Source: Candidatus Latescibacterota bacterium (GTDB lineage Bacteria > Latescibacterota > UBA2968). From it: 64,000 bases of DNA. The position numbers and the translations under genes are program-made. The stretch spans positions 7,200,001 to 7,264,000 of the forward strand of contig OZ240241.1 of assembly GCA_965198115.1 (NCBI GenBank), read 5' to 3'. The notes under the pieces are model-generated. The model was not told the DNA's origin. It saw nothing but the letters and a program-made list of their open reading frames with translations, and did no database searches. This document shows positions 1 to 10,850 of this stretch, piece by piece; positions within the stretch are counted from its first letter, which is position 1; every line of letters starts with the position of its first letter.

Positions 1-122
1 TTCGCGGTAAGTCCTTGCAAGTGGGGAGAACAAGAGGCAAAGTCGTAATCGGAATGGTAGTGGATTGGATCTAATTATATTGTGTTGCTTCACGATGACC
101 TGAATCGAAAGTATCTCACCGG

Positions 123-1258
123 ATGTCCGATACAGCCGTGTCTCAAAATCGATGGATCGTCAATCCTGGTCGATCTCTCGTGCTTCTCCATCGGGTGGAC
201 CGTGATTTTCCTGCTGCCCCTGATCGTTCCCGAGCTGGAGGAGGACGCGACGTTCGTGGCGGTCACGTTCTTCATCGCCCACCGATATTTCACGTTTCCG
301 CTCGTCTACCTGGACCGTGCGGAGTATGCCCGTCGAAAATCGACTTACCTGATCGTGCCTGTGGTTTGTCTCGTCGGCGTGTGGCTCTGCTACTTCTTCC
401 GCGTAGCAGAGCCGGAGATGTTCATCTTCTGGTCGTTTTTCAACTATTTCCATTTTGTGAAACAGAAATACGGTCTCCTCAGGATCTATTCGAGCAAGAC
501 CAGGTGGGGGATCAAGCGTCTGGATGAGGTGGTGGTTTATGGCTGGGGCGCCGCCGGGGTGCTGCACGTCCTGGCTTTCCAGGGTGGTGTCGAAGGTCGG
601 CTGATGTTCTATCTGTCGAGCAACCCGGCCTGGATCTATGGGATGGTGATCCTCGTGGGCGCGTTCTGGACGGTCGACGAGCTCTGGGGGTGGACGGGCG
701 AGACAAAACGTTCGACGATCGTTGCGCTGGGTACGGTGTTCATCGTCGCCGGCAAGACCATCGGGATGTTTGCGATCGATCCCGTGACAGGGCCGACGAT
801 GGTCACCGCCACCTACACGGCCTTCGGTGTGCTGACGCTGATCTGGCTCGTTCACGAATGCCGTGCGCCCAATGGTCCCAGCCTGCCCAAGATTCTGTTC
901 ATGGCGGGGGTGGTGGTGATGTATGGCTACGGGCCTATCGCATCCGCGACGGCGTTCCTCATAGCAACGAGCTTCAGCCACGCTTTCGAATACTTCGCCA
1001 TCTGCGGGTTCGCCCTGCAAAACAAAGCCCAGAGCTCACGAGGCGGATGTCCCTCTTCTTTCTCTTCCGGCACGTCACATCGTCATCTACACCGTCCTGG
1101 TGATTGCCGTGATGTCGGTGTTCCACAAGGGACTGAATGCGCTCTCGCCCTACCTGTATCTCGTGTTCATTTACAGTACGTCGTTCATGCACTTTGTGTA
1201 CGATGGTATGATCTGGAAATTGCGGAGGCCGAGGGTGGCAGCAGAGGTGGGGGCGTAG
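123..1258 (+). pseudogene. His-motif polytopic membrane protein, copy 1 (two frameshifts, possibly sequencing errors)
   Basis: ATG 123 gives MSDTAVSQNRWIV, matching paralog 2774-3910. Against the paralog there is a 2-nt loss near 166 (aatcctgg) and a +1 C near 1030 (gccc). The corrected frame ends ...AEVGA TAG at 1258. Confidence 0.8.
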
Positions 1259-1290
1259 ACATTGAGGATGTGGACATCGAAGATCGAACA

Positions 1291-2382
1291 ATGAGGATCG
1301 AGACTCGAGCATTGAAGGGCGTTACCGCGTGCTCGCCCGTTCGCCGCCGTAGCTCTTTCAACGATCGCGGCCGGAGTTGCGCCCTGGTGATGCTGGCGCT
1401 TGTCATCATCGCTGCCTGTCGGGAGCGGGAGATCCGGATTCACTACGAAGAAGCGGAGGCACATCGTGCCGCTGGCCGGATCGATGCGTCGATCGATCAC
1501 TATCGACAGATCCTTGTGTTGGATTCGACGGATGTGAACGCGCGAAACAACATCGGGTTTCTGCACGCCCGGATGGGCAGGACGGACAGCGCGCTGAACC
1601 ATTATCAGTTCGCGATCCGGATCGATTCGACGGTGGCCGAGGCGCACTACAACGCAGGTGTTCTGTTCGTCGCGATCGAGGCGTTCGACAGTGCACGAGC
1701 CGCCTACGAGCGGGCAGTTCGTCACGATCCACGGCACGTTCAGGCCCACAACAACCTCGGAACAGTGTTGGAACGGGGTAGACGGTTCGATGCGGCGCTC
1801 GAGCACTACGAGCAGGCGGCAGCGGTCGACTCGACATTCGTCACGGCCTGGGCCAACGTAGGACGCATCCAATTCATGATGGGGCAGATGGAGGAAGCTG
1901 CCAAAGCATACTCAAAAGCGCTGTCGCTGAAACCCGACCTGACCGAAGCGCACGCGGCCCTGGCTAGCCTCTATGTCGAATCGGGCGATCTGGACAGAGC
2001 GATTCAACAGCTGGAACGAGCAACTCGACTGGCTCCCGATTCGAGTCTCGTGAAGGACAGCCTCGTTGAAGTCCTCGCAATGCGAGAGGATCGCGATCGA
2101 CGACGAGCAGGTGGGGAGATGCGGGCTCGTCATATCGTCGTGAAGAGCGAAGAACTGGCACGTTCGCTCCTACAGAAAGTCAGATCGGGGGAAGACTTCT
2201 CCGCCCTTGCGCGGACACACTCGACCGACCCCTCGGGAAGAGCCGGTGGTGACATCGGTGCCTTCAAACCCGGAGACCTGCTGCCGGCATTCGAAGATGT
2301 GGTGAAGGGGTTGCAGCCGGGAGAGGTTGGGGAACCGCTGCGGACGGCGGTGGGGTGGCACGTCATCGAGCGCATTTACTGA
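1291..2382 (+). CDS. TPR-repeat protein with C-terminal parvulin (PpiC-type) peptidyl-prolyl isomerase domain, possible lipoprotein
   Basis: TPR motifs (ARNNIG, AHYNAG, AHNNLG, AWANVG); parvulin motifs RARHIVVK, DFSALARTHS.D, GGDIG, GWHVI; hydrophobic LVIIAAC segment. Start is uncertain. Confidence 0.85.
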   Translation: MRIETRALKGVTACSPVRRRSSFNDRGRSCALVMLALVIIAACREREIRIHYEEAEAHRAAGRIDASIDHYRQILVLDSTDVNARNNIGFLHARMGRTDSALNHYQFAIRIDSTVAEAHYNAGVLFVAIEAFDSARAAYERAVRHDPRHVQAHNNLGTVLERGRRFDAALEHYEQAAAVDSTFVTAWANVGRIQFMMGQMEEAAKAYSKALSLKPDLTEAHAALASLYVESGDLDRAIQQLERATRLAPDSSLVKDSLVEVLAMREDRDRRRAGGEMRARHIVVKSEELARSLLQKVRSGEDFSALARTHSTDPSGRAGGDIGAFKPGDLLPAFEDVVKGLQPGEVGEPLRTAVGWHVIERIY

Positions 2383-2773
2383 AGAAAGGTGAGATCGCCG
2401 GGGCGGGGTAGTAACGGATTGCCTGCAGATGCCGACTGATGTTCGCGGCGCCGCGACAGACCGCGTATCCGAGTCTACATCAGTTGGGGGACTACGATTT
2501 ACGCGATGACGCCGCCTGGGGATTCGGGATCACGCTGAGATTGTGTGGGGCTTGGGAGAATGTGGGAATAGAATATCGAGAGTCGAACATTGGGGCGATG
2601 GCTTCGGGTCATCGCCATCTTTTTTGCCTGGTGTGCAGGTCGTTAGAGATGAGCCTAACCGATTAAACCAGCGAATGAAGGCGAGAACAGGCGTCTCCCT
2701 GTTGGGTGGGTGGGTGGATCTGATTACATTGGGCTGCGTTTGCGATGACCTTGAATCGAAAGTCCCTCACCGA

Positions 2774-3910
2774 ATGTCCGACACAGCTGTGACTCAAAAT
2801 CGATGGATCGTCGGTCCGCTGGTCGATCTCTCGTGCATCTCCGTTGGGTGGACCGTGTTTTTCCTGCTGCCCCTGATCGTTCCCGAACAGGTGGAGAACG
2901 CGCGCATCGTTGCGATCACGTTCTTCGTCGCCCACCGATACTTCACGTTTCCGCTCGTCTACCTGGATCGTGTGGAGTATGCCCGTCGGAAATGGACGTA
3001 CCTGATCGTGCCAGTGGTCTGCCTTGTCGGCGTGTGGCTCTGCTTCGTTTTACGAGTCGCAGAGCCGGAGATGTTCGCCTTCTGGTGGTTCTTCAACTAT
3101 TTCCATTTTGTGAGGCAGAAGTACGGACTCCTCAGGATCTATTCCGGCAAAACTAAGTGGGGGGTCAAGCGTCTGGATGAGGTGGTGGTTTACGGCTGGG
3201 GCGCCGCCGGGTTGCTCCATATGTTGGCCTACCAGGCCGAAGTCGAAGGACGGCTGATGCACTATCTGTCGAGCAACCCGGCTTGGATCTATGGAATGGT
3301 AGCCATCGTGGCGGCGGTCTGGACGATCGACGAACTCTGGGGGTGGACGGGCGAGACGAACCGGTCGACGGTCGTCGCGCTGGGTACGGTGTTCATCATC
3401 GCCGGCGTGGGCGTCGGGCTGTTTGCGATCGATCCTGTGACAGGGCGAACGATGGTCTACGTCGCCTACGCGGTCTTCGTCGCGCTGACGCTGATCTGGT
3501 TCGTTCACGAGTGCCGAGCGCCAAACGGTCCCAGCCTGCCCAAGATTCTGTTCCTGGGGTCGGTCGCTCTCCTTTACGGCTACGGGCCTATCTATTCAGC
3601 GACGGCCGTGGTCATTGCGACGAGCTTTAGCCACGCTTTTGAATACTTTGCCATCTGTGGACTTGCCGTCAAGAACAAAGCCAGGATTCACGGGACAGAT
3701 GCGCCTCTTCTCTCTGCTGCGGCACGCCACATCGTCATCTACTCTGTTCTGTTCATCGCCGTGGTGTCGGGGCTGCTCCAGGGCTTGAAGACGCTTTTGC
3801 CCCTTGCGTATTTTGTGTTCATCTACGGTACGTCGTTCACGCACTTTGTGTTCGATGGTATGATCTGGAAACTACGGAGACCGAGGGTGGCGGCAGAGGT
3901 GGGGGCTTGA
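2774..3910 (+). CDS. His-motif polytopic membrane protein, copy 2 (intact)
   Basis: Many hydrophobic segments; motifs HRYFTF, HFVRQKYG, SHAFEY, HFVFDG.IW. Start placed by alignment with copy 1. Confidence 0.85.
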   Translation: MSDTAVTQNRWIVGPLVDLSCISVGWTVFFLLPLIVPEQVENARIVAITFFVAHRYFTFPLVYLDRVEYARRKWTYLIVPVVCLVGVWLCFVLRVAEPEMFAFWWFFNYFHFVRQKYGLLRIYSGKTKWGVKRLDEVVVYGWGAAGLLHMLAYQAEVEGRLMHYLSSNPAWIYGMVAIVAAVWTIDELWGWTGETNRSTVVALGTVFIIAGVGVGLFAIDPVTGRTMVYVAYAVFVALTLIWFVHECRAPNGPSLPKILFLGSVALLYGYGPIYSATAVVIATSFSHAFEYFAICGLAVKNKARIHGTDAPLLSAAARHIVIYSVLFIAVVSGLLQGLKTLLPLAYFVFIYGTSFTHFVFDGMIWKLRRPRVAAEVGA

Positions 3911-4009
3911 GGATCGATATCAAGGATCGAGAGACCAACAGAAGAGGCGATGGACTCATCCATCGCCTTTCGCATTCGTATCGTACCAACGGTCGACCGC
4001 CGGCGGTAT

Positions 4010-5329
4010 CTAGTCAGCGACCACGGGTTCATCCGCGAAGTATTCAATGAGTTCATCCGTCGCTTCCAGCATCTGCCGGACGCTGTCTTCCATGAACGAA
4101 GTGAGCATATCCTCAGCGTCGTCGGTGTTGCCGTTATCGAGCAGGCGTTTACCCTCCTCGGCGATGGCATAGGCGCCGCTGAAGCACGCGCGCTGTTGCA
4201 TCGCCCATTGATTGCGGACGAGACCGACCCGATTCTCGGTGTCCTGGCGGACGAGATGAGCGAGGCGGTGAAATTGCCACCACGTGCTCTCGATGCTCGG
4301 CTGTTCGTCACCCACGCCCAGGGCGCCTGGAAGCTGGCCCTCGATGAAAATGGGTAGAAAGAGGCCGAGACACGGCGAGTAGAAGCTACACCAGTAGACA
4401 GGCAGACGTGATCCGTCGTTGCACAGATCGGCGACGAGGCTGGCGGCGGTGTTGCCGCCGGTTCCGTCTTCGTTGAAGTGAACGCAAATGCCGCCCTGGC
4501 GAATGTCAGTTTGAAAATCCTCGTCGGGCACAACTGCGTCGCTGTGATCGGACAGGGTGGCCATCATCGTCCTGGCATCGATTTGTCCCGATCGCGTGGT
4601 GAGCAGAGCGCAAGCGCGGCGCCGACGCGATGCTCCACTGCCCTCTGTACGATCGGCTTTGCTGAAGGCGTCGGCGAAGTTGAATTTTCCGCCGCTCTTC
4701 CACCAACCCTTTTCCCGGGCGATGGCTTCGGCGCCCGGCGATATCCGTTCGTAATCCGTCTCGACACTGTAGACGTTGCTGATGCCGAGTGCCCCGTCGA
4801 CGCGTTTGACGACCCATTCGTGCCCGGCCGTTTCGATGACGTAGGCTTCGTTGGGATCCGCGACGATGTATCCGTTGTCGTAGGTTCTGACGCCGGCGTC
4901 GTTTTCGAACTTACCCTGGCCGTATTCGGTGATGACGCCCGTCATCACCTCCACGGCTTCCTGAGCCGTCTTGCCGCGCTCCAGACCGAGACGCAGGACT
5001 TCCATTCCGATCAGCTTTGGTTCGGTCCAGACATCGAACTTCGACCCCAGTCCTTCGTTGCCGATGACGACCTGATGCTCGTTGAACCCGTGTTCGTAGC
5101 CCCAGCACCACCAAGGGCGTGAGCCGACGTGACGGTAGACGACTTCGGCCTCGGGAAGCGTGACGCACTGACAGTGGGTCTCCGAGTCGGTCGGTCGATC
5201 TATTCTGGCGTGGAGCTCGAGTGGTTGGCACTCGTCTGCGGGGCGATCGCTGTTTTTTGCGAAGATGGTCTGCCCTTGTATCGTCGCGGACGGGAGAGCG
5301 ACCATTGTGTCACAGGATTTATCGAACAT
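4010..5329 (-). CDS. C69 family (secernin/dipeptidase) Ntn-hydrolase
   Basis: N-terminal SCDTMVAL...IFAKNSDR; WCWGYEHGFNEHQVVIGNE; LRLGLERGKTA. Confidence 0.9.
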   Translation of the reverse strand: MFDKSCDTMVALPSATIQGQTIFAKNSDRPADECQPLELHARIDRPTDSETHCQCVTLPEAEVVYRHVGSRPWWCWGYEHGFNEHQVVIGNEGLGSKFDVWTEPKLIGMEVLRLGLERGKTAQEAVEVMTGVITEYGQGKFENDAGVRTYDNGYIVADPNEAYVIETAGHEWVVKRVDGALGISNVYSVETDYERISPGAEAIAREKGWWKSGGKFNFADAFSKADRTEGSGASRRRRACALLTTRSGQIDARTMMATLSDHSDAVVPDEDFQTDIRQGGICVHFNEDGTGGNTAASLVADLCNDGSRLPVYWCSFYSPCLGLFLPIFIEGQLPGALGVGDEQPSIESTWWQFHRLAHLVRQDTENRVGLVRNQWAMQQRACFSGAYAIAEEGKRLLDNGNTDDAEDMLTSFMEDSVRQMLEATDELIEYFADEPVVAD

Positions 5330-5547
5330 CGTGAACTCCAGTGGCGGCCTGGGGCCGCCCAGCGTTCCCTTCGGGAACCAGTTGTCAGCAGAAGTGGAAA
5401 ACAGCTACTTCGCTCGGGATAGGCTCCGTCGCTATAACCACTCGATGTCGATTTCGCCTTTCGATGGAACGGAATTCGGGGTCGCCTGTCAAGATGGTGG
5501 CAGGGAGCTCGATGCCCGGTCTCGACAAGATCAACACTCGGAACTCG

Positions 5548-6843
5548 CTATTCGGCATTCGGAGATTCGGTCCGTCTTCTTTCGGGTTGTTTGCCGAACG
5601 CAAAGTTAAGCAGAGCCAGGATGAACGGAATGATCGCGAGGTAGGTGAGGACCGGCTTGTAGCTGCCCATCAGGTCTCGCGCGATACCGAACGGCATCGG
5701 ACCGAGGGCCGAACTGGCGACTCCGATGGTGGTCGTTACGCCTGTGATGGTGCCGAGATAGCGCCGACCGAAGAATCTCGCCCATACGGTGCCGCCGACG
5801 AGTGCTTGAAGACCGGTTCGAATACCCATCGCCAGGCCGATGGCGTAGGCGACCTCGACGGTCGAAATACGGGGCACGATGATCATAACGGCCGTCAACA
5901 TCAGTAAGCAGGTGCCCAGCACGAAGCGAATCTGTACTCGATCGATGATGACACCACCGGCGAGTTGGACGAGAGCACGGGTCGCTGCGATGGGCAGAAA
6001 GATGCCGGCGATGACGGTCGTGGATAATCCGTTGTCGGAGAAGATGCTGAAGAAGTGGAAGGTCATTCCCGTTCCCAGCGCGCTGATTGCGGACAGGCCT
6101 GCGATCACCAACCAGAAGGCGGGCGTACGAATCGCTTCGTTCAGCGTCCAGTTGTCTTCCTCTGGATACGCGCCATCGCTCGATTGTTCAGGGTGACCTC
6201 CGTCAGGCAGGAGCCCATAGTCTTCGGGGCGATCGTGAAAGAGGAAAAAGCTGACGGGGCCCATCACGCAGGCGACGAGGCCGCCGAGCAGTGCGTAAGC
6301 CGTCCTCCAACCGTAAATGGGGATCAGCCACTTGATGAAGCCGGGAAAGGAGCCGGTGCCCAACAGCGACGAGGCCACTCCGGTGATGCCGACGGCCATC
6401 CCGCGTTTTCGGCTCCACCACTGGTTGATGATGACGCGGCATACCATCTGCAGACAGCCCTGTCCGAGCATTCGCAGCAACCAGAATCCGATGAGCAGCA
6501 TCACCGCGTTCTGCAGGAATCCCATATAAATACACGTCAGCCCGAGCAGAAGACTGACGATGGTGGCCACGTATCGAGCACCTCGCACGTCGATCTGTCG
6601 GCCGACAAACGGCATCGCGAAACTGCCAGCGAGTGAGCCGGCCGTGTAGAGCGTGCTGACGAGAGTCCGGCTGACACCGAGATCCTGGATGAACGAATCG
6701 ATGAACGCGGATATGGCATACGTCTGGCCCGGGCTCGTCAGCACGACGCCGATCGTGGCGGCGACGAGGATGACCCAGCCGTAGAAGACGGGACTGGCTT
6801 CGATTAAGCGACTGCGACGGATGGTTGGTGTTGGGTCGGTCAA
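5548..6843 (-). CDS. MFS transporter (OFA-like)
   Basis: About 12 TM segments; FYGWVIL, PGQTY, GRQIDVRGAR loop motif, ARFFGRRYLG. Confidence 0.9.
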   Translation of the reverse strand: MTDPTPTIRRSRLIEASPVFYGWVILVAATIGVVLTSPGQTYAISAFIDSFIQDLGVSRTLVSTLYTAGSLAGSFAMPFVGRQIDVRGARYVATIVSLLLGLTCIYMGFLQNAVMLLIGFWLLRMLGQGCLQMVCRVIINQWWSRKRGMAVGITGVASSLLGTGSFPGFIKWLIPIYGWRTAYALLGGLVACVMGPVSFFLFHDRPEDYGLLPDGGHPEQSSDGAYPEEDNWTLNEAIRTPAFWLVIAGLSAISALGTGMTFHFFSIFSDNGLSTTVIAGIFLPIAATRALVQLAGGVIIDRVQIRFVLGTCLLMLTAVMIIVPRISTVEVAYAIGLAMGIRTGLQALVGGTVWARFFGRRYLGTITGVTTTIGVASSALGPMPFGIARDLMGSYKPVLTYLAIIPFILALLNFAFGKQPERRRTESPNAE

Positions 6844-6875
6844 GTGAGATGGAACTGATTGATGAGATGAGGCAA

Positions 6876-7016
6876 TGTCACCCCGGCATGCTTCTTAGGA
6901 GCCTGTCCCGAACGAATGTGAGGGAGGGTCTATTCTTTGTTTCCGCAGGGTTCGAAGATGGATCCCCCTTCGACAGGCTCAGGACAGGCGGCTCAAAGGC
7001 GCCTGCCGGGATGACA
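6876..7016. repeat. REP-like palindromic element
   Basis: Imperfect terminal IR tgtcaccccggc...gccgggatgaca enclosing cccttcgacaggctcaggacagg. Confidence 0.5.
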
Positions 7017-7049
7017 ATGCAAGAGAGTCAGAGATTCCTTTTTGAATAC

Positions 7050-8840
7050 TCAATCATTATTGGTCTCATCATCCTGCCACAGCGATCGCATCTCTTCGCA
7101 CGTGTCGAGCAGCTCGTTTAGTGAGCCGATCGCCTCGACGCGACCGTCTTTGAGGACGACGATCTGGTCGGCGCGTCTGAGAGCAGGCCGGCGATGGGAA
7201 ACGACGAGGCACGCAGCTTGACGATGCTCGAAGACTCGCTGCCAGAGGATGCGTTCGGTTTCGACGTCGAGTGCGGATGAGAGGTCGTCGAAGACGAGGA
7301 GGTCTGCCGGCCGGATGAACATTCTCGCGGCAGCCGTACGCTGGATCTGGCCGCCGGAGAGCTTGACACCACGAGGACCGACGACCGTGTCGAGGCCATT
7401 TTCGAGGGTTGGAACGTCGGTTTCCATCACGCCCTGGCGGAGGGCGTCGCCGAGGGCCTCTTCGTCGTCGGCCAAGCCCAGAAGGATGTTGTCGCGAAGC
7501 GTTTCGCTGAAGAGCCGGGGAATCTGCGGCGTGTATGCACAACGCGGTGGGACGAGGAACGACTTGGGGTCTTCGACACGTTCACCGTTCCATCGAACGA
7601 CGCCGGCATCTGCCGGGAGGGTTCCGAGGAGGGTACGAAGGAGGGTGGTCTTTCCCGCGCCGATCTGGCCGGTGATGACGGTGAACGACCCGGCTGGGAT
7701 GTGGAGATCGACGTCGCGGATCCCGTTTTCGGTGCCGGGATACACATAGGTCAGGCCGGTGATGTCGAGTTCACGAAGGTGATGGGACCCGGAGATGTCA
7801 GGCAACGCCGGGAGCGAGGGGGGGTCGTCCAGGTAGACGGGTGTTTCTTCGGATAGCCGGTCGCGCGGAATGTCGTCGATGGTTCGGGCCATTCGGAAGT
7901 AGGAAACCTCTGCGCGCTTGTGGTTGGTGAGGATCGTGCCGAGGAGCGATCCGCTGCGGGCGACCTGACCGACGTAGGTGACGAACAGGGCGAGGTCGCC
8001 GACGGTGAAGCTGCCGGTTTTCATCTTCTGGCCGACCATAATGAGAATTACGCCGGTCGCGAGATGACCCAGGTTGAAGTTGATCGAGTTGAGGACCTGA
8101 TTGAACAGGTTGTCGATGAGAGTAGATTTCCGTCGCTCGTCGTTGAGGACTCGGAAGCGGTCGATCACGTAGGATTGCGTCGTGGCCACTTTGATGGCGA
8201 GGACCGACTGGAACATCTCGTTGATAAAGTTCGTGGAGCGCTCGGTGGCGACACGCTGGGCGGTCCTGTATTTGAAGATCAGTTTCCGACACGCGTCGAC
8301 GATGATGACGACGCAGATGGCTGGGACGATCGTGATGAGGGTGATGGTGGGGTCGATGTTCGCCATATAACGGATGGCCAATACCGCGAAGATCAGGTTG
8401 CCCCAGATGTGGATGTAGCGGTTGAGGTAGTAGATGATGCCCATCACGTCGTCGCGAAATCGGTTGGTGACCTCGCCCGACGCACCGGCGATGGTCGTTG
8501 GATCGCGGACATCGAGAATGGCGGTCATCAGGTTCCGACGCAGAAGGGTTTCGATCGCGTACCACCAGCGTGGCCAGGCGAAGGCGGAACCGAATAGCGC
8601 GATGCGATCACCGATCTCAACGGCGACGTAGAGAGCGACGAGCGTGTAGGGCGTGAATCCGGCTTCGGCTTGGCCGGACAGAGCGTCGAAGAAGCCCTTC
8701 ATAATGACGCCGGCCAGAAACGGGGCGACGTCGTCGATGCCCCGGAAGAAGATGGTTGTGAGGAAGAGACCCGGTCGGAATTTGAGCAGGCGCCACGTGG
8801 TCTGGCCCATCGACATCGGCTTGGGCAGTTCCGTGGTCAA
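7050..8840 (-). CDS. ABC exporter half-transporter (TMD+NBD)
   Basis: Walker [10 protein letters not shown], signature LSGGQ, Walker B LLVFDD. Probable TTG start at 8840 overlaps the upstream stop. Confidence 0.9.
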   Translation of the reverse strand: MTTELPKPMSMGQTTWRLLKFRPGLFLTTIFFRGIDDVAPFLAGVIMKGFFDALSGQAEAGFTPYTLVALYVAVEIGDRIALFGSAFAWPRWWYAIETLLRRNLMTAILDVRDPTTIAGASGEVTNRFRDDVMGIIYYLNRYIHIWGNLIFAVLAIRYMANIDPTITLITIVPAICVVIIVDACRKLIFKYRTAQRVATERSTNFINEMFQSVLAIKVATTQSYVIDRFRVLNDERRKSTLIDNLFNQVLNSINFNLGHLATGVILIMVGQKMKTGSFTVGDLALFVTYVGQVARSGSLLGTILTNHKRAEVSYFRMARTIDDIPRDRLSEETPVYLDDPPSLPALPDISGSHHLRELDITGLTYVYPGTENGIRDVDLHIPAGSFTVITGQIGAGKTTLLRTLLGTLPADAGVVRWNGERVEDPKSFLVPPRCAYTPQIPRLFSETLRDNILLGLADDEEALGDALRQGVMETDVPTLENGLDTVVGPRGVKLSGGQIQRTAAARMFIRPADLLVFDDLSSALDVETERILWQRVFEHRQAACLVVSHRRPALRRADQIVVLKDGRVEAIGSLNELLDTCEEMRSLWQDDETNND

Positions 8841-10618
8841 GTGATCAACTCTTCGAGACCGGCTCTCAGGAGTTGCGAGAAGTGGGACTCTAGATTCTCG
8901 ACCAGGTCCGCCCGCCGTCCAAACTCTTGGATGCGGCCGTGATCGAGGATCAGGATGTCGTCGACCTTTTCGACGGTTTCGAGGCGGTGCGCGATGATGA
9001 TGCCGGTTCGATTGTCGAGCAGGCGTTCGACTGCAAAGTTGATCTGGCGCTCGGTGGCGGGATCCAGGCGAGACGACGGTTCGTCCAGGATCACGAGACC
9101 CGGATCCTTGAGGAAGACGCGCGTGAAAGCGAGCAACTGTGCTTCGCCGGCAGAAAGGCCGCTGCTCCCCGAAGTGATCTCCGTGTTCAGGCCGTCGGCG
9201 AGACGGGCGTACCACGCGCCTAGTCCAAGCTCTTCCAGCGTGGCGATGATGCGGTCGTCGGAAACATCGGGATGGAAGAGGGCCAGGTTGTCGCGGACCG
9301 TTGCGTTGAAGAGTTGGACGTCCTGCGTGACGAGGCCGACGTGGCGACGAAGGTCTTCGAGCTTGAGCGTCTTGATGGATTGGTCGCCGATCCGGATGTC
9401 ACCGTCCTGGATGTCGTAGAGACGGAACAGAAGACGTGTCATCGTGGTTTTGCCGCTTCCCGTTCGTCCGAGGAGTCCGAGTGTTTCGCCGGGTTGGAGC
9501 GTGAACGTGACGTCGTCGAGCACCGTTTCGTCCGGGTTGTAGGCAAAGGTGACGTGGTCGAAGGTGACTCCGAGCGGATGGGAGGTGGACAGGTCCGCCT
9601 GCCCGTCGACGATCGACGTTTCGATGCGATGCAATTCTTCGATTCGCTTGAGACCTGCGGTGGCGCGCTGGAGTTCGTTGATCTGCCTGCTGAGCTGGTA
9701 GAGGGGCTCGCGCAGCATCGATGTGTAGTGAAAGACGAGATAGACGGCACCGATCGTAAAGGTGCCTTCGCGGAAGAGCCAGATGCCCATCCCCATCGCC
9801 AGCGCGTAGCCGAGTGCGAACATCACGCCCATAATGGCGCTGAGGCATTCGCTCATGAGTTCGGATCGCTTGACACGGGCGAAGACGGCGTTGTTGACTC
9901 CGTGGAACCGCTGGAGGGCATAATCGATCGCACCGTTCGTGCGAATGTCTTCAAGACCGACGAGACGTTCTTCGAGAAAGCCGTACATCCGGGCGTAGCT
10001 CTCTCGTTCGGCGGTGTAAATCGGCACGGCGATGTTCCGTGTCAGGTTCAGAACGCAAAACGCGACCACGGAAAACAGGGCTAGGGCTGCGCCGACATGC
10101 CAATCCTCTAGCGAAACGAGGATGATGACGCCGCCGAGGAAGACGACGCTGCCGATGATTTGAAGTACGAATTGGGAGAAGAAATTGGACAGCGACGTCG
10201 TGTCTCCGTCGACACGTTCGATCATCTCTCCAGGCGTGTGGTTGTGGTGGAACCCCATATCGAGGTTGAGACAGTGGTGTGCGAGGTCGTTTCGCATCTT
10301 GTTCGTTGCGCGCCAACCCACGTCCTGGCCCAGGTAAGAGCTGACGATCTGCACGCCTTGCCGACCGATGCCGATGGCGAGGAAAAACACGCCTGCCCAG
10401 ACGAGGCTGCTCAGCGCCCCACCGGCTTGTGCCGTGTCGATGAAGTAACGGATGACCTGCGGATTGAGCAGACTGAGACCGATGCCACTCGCCATACTGA
10501 CGGCGAGGAGGGCAACGCGGCTTTTGTAGGGGCTCAGATACCGAGCGAGGAGAGAAGCGTAATGACGGAGCGGTACCCGTGTGTTCGGGGGGGTGGGCTC
10601 TGGTGCGGGGTCGATCAG
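8837..10618 (-). CDS. ABC exporter half-transporter (TMD+NBD), partner of the downstream gene
   Basis: [22 protein letters not shown]. The frame is open 41 codons upstream of ATG 10495, up to a CTG after GGAGG, so the start is uncertain. Confidence 0.85.
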   Translation of the reverse strand: MIDPAPEPTPPNTRVPLRHYASLLARYLSPYKSRVALLAVSMASGIGLSLLNPQVIRYFIDTAQAGGALSSLVWAGVFFLAIGIGRQGVQIVSSYLGQDVGWRATNKMRNDLAHHCLNLDMGFHHNHTPGEMIERVDGDTTSLSNFFSQFVLQIIGSVVFLGGVIILVSLEDWHVGAALALFSVVAFCVLNLTRNIAVPIYTAERESYARMYGFLEERLVGLEDIRTNGAIDYALQRFHGVNNAVFARVKRSELMSECLSAIMGVMFALGYALAMGMGIWLFREGTFTIGAVYLVFHYTSMLREPLYQLSRQINELQRATAGLKRIEELHRIETSIVDGQADLSTSHPLGVTFDHVTFAYNPDETVLDDVTFTLQPGETLGLLGRTGSGKTTMTRLLFRLYDIQDGDIRIGDQSIKTLKLEDLRRHVGLVTQDVQLFNATVRDNLALFHPDVSDDRIIATLEELGLGAWYARLADGLNTEITSGSSGLSAGEAQLLAFTRVFLKDPGLVILDEPSSRLDPATERQINFAVERLLDNRTGIIIAHRLETVEKVDDILILDHGRIQEFGRRADLVENLESHFSQLLRAGLEELIT

Positions 10619-10733
10619 TTGCCTCCGGACTGCGGTGAAGGGGTTGCGGTTGGCCGCGAACTCGATAGTATGTTACGCGACGCTTACTGGTGCTCTGTCA
10701 CCAAGTAGTACTCTTGCCGCCAACCCGAGCGGC

Positions 10734-10808
10734 GTCAGTTCGAGCGTAGTCGAGAACACGCCTACCACGTAGGGCGAATAGGGACTTCTCGACTCCGCTC
10801 GAAGTGAC
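10734..10808. repeat. REP-like inverted repeat
   Basis: gtcagttcgagcgtagtcgagaa pairs with ttctcgactccgctcgaagtgac. Confidence 0.65.
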
Positions 10809-10850
10809 CCTGCCACTCCTGATTCTACAGGCGATTTTGGTAACACCCCA

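Noticed and set aside
82-2382. 766-aa membrane-TPR-PPIase fusion ORF
   Set aside because: Artefact of frameshifts: alignment to the paralog shows the membrane gene ends at TAG 1258 in another frame.
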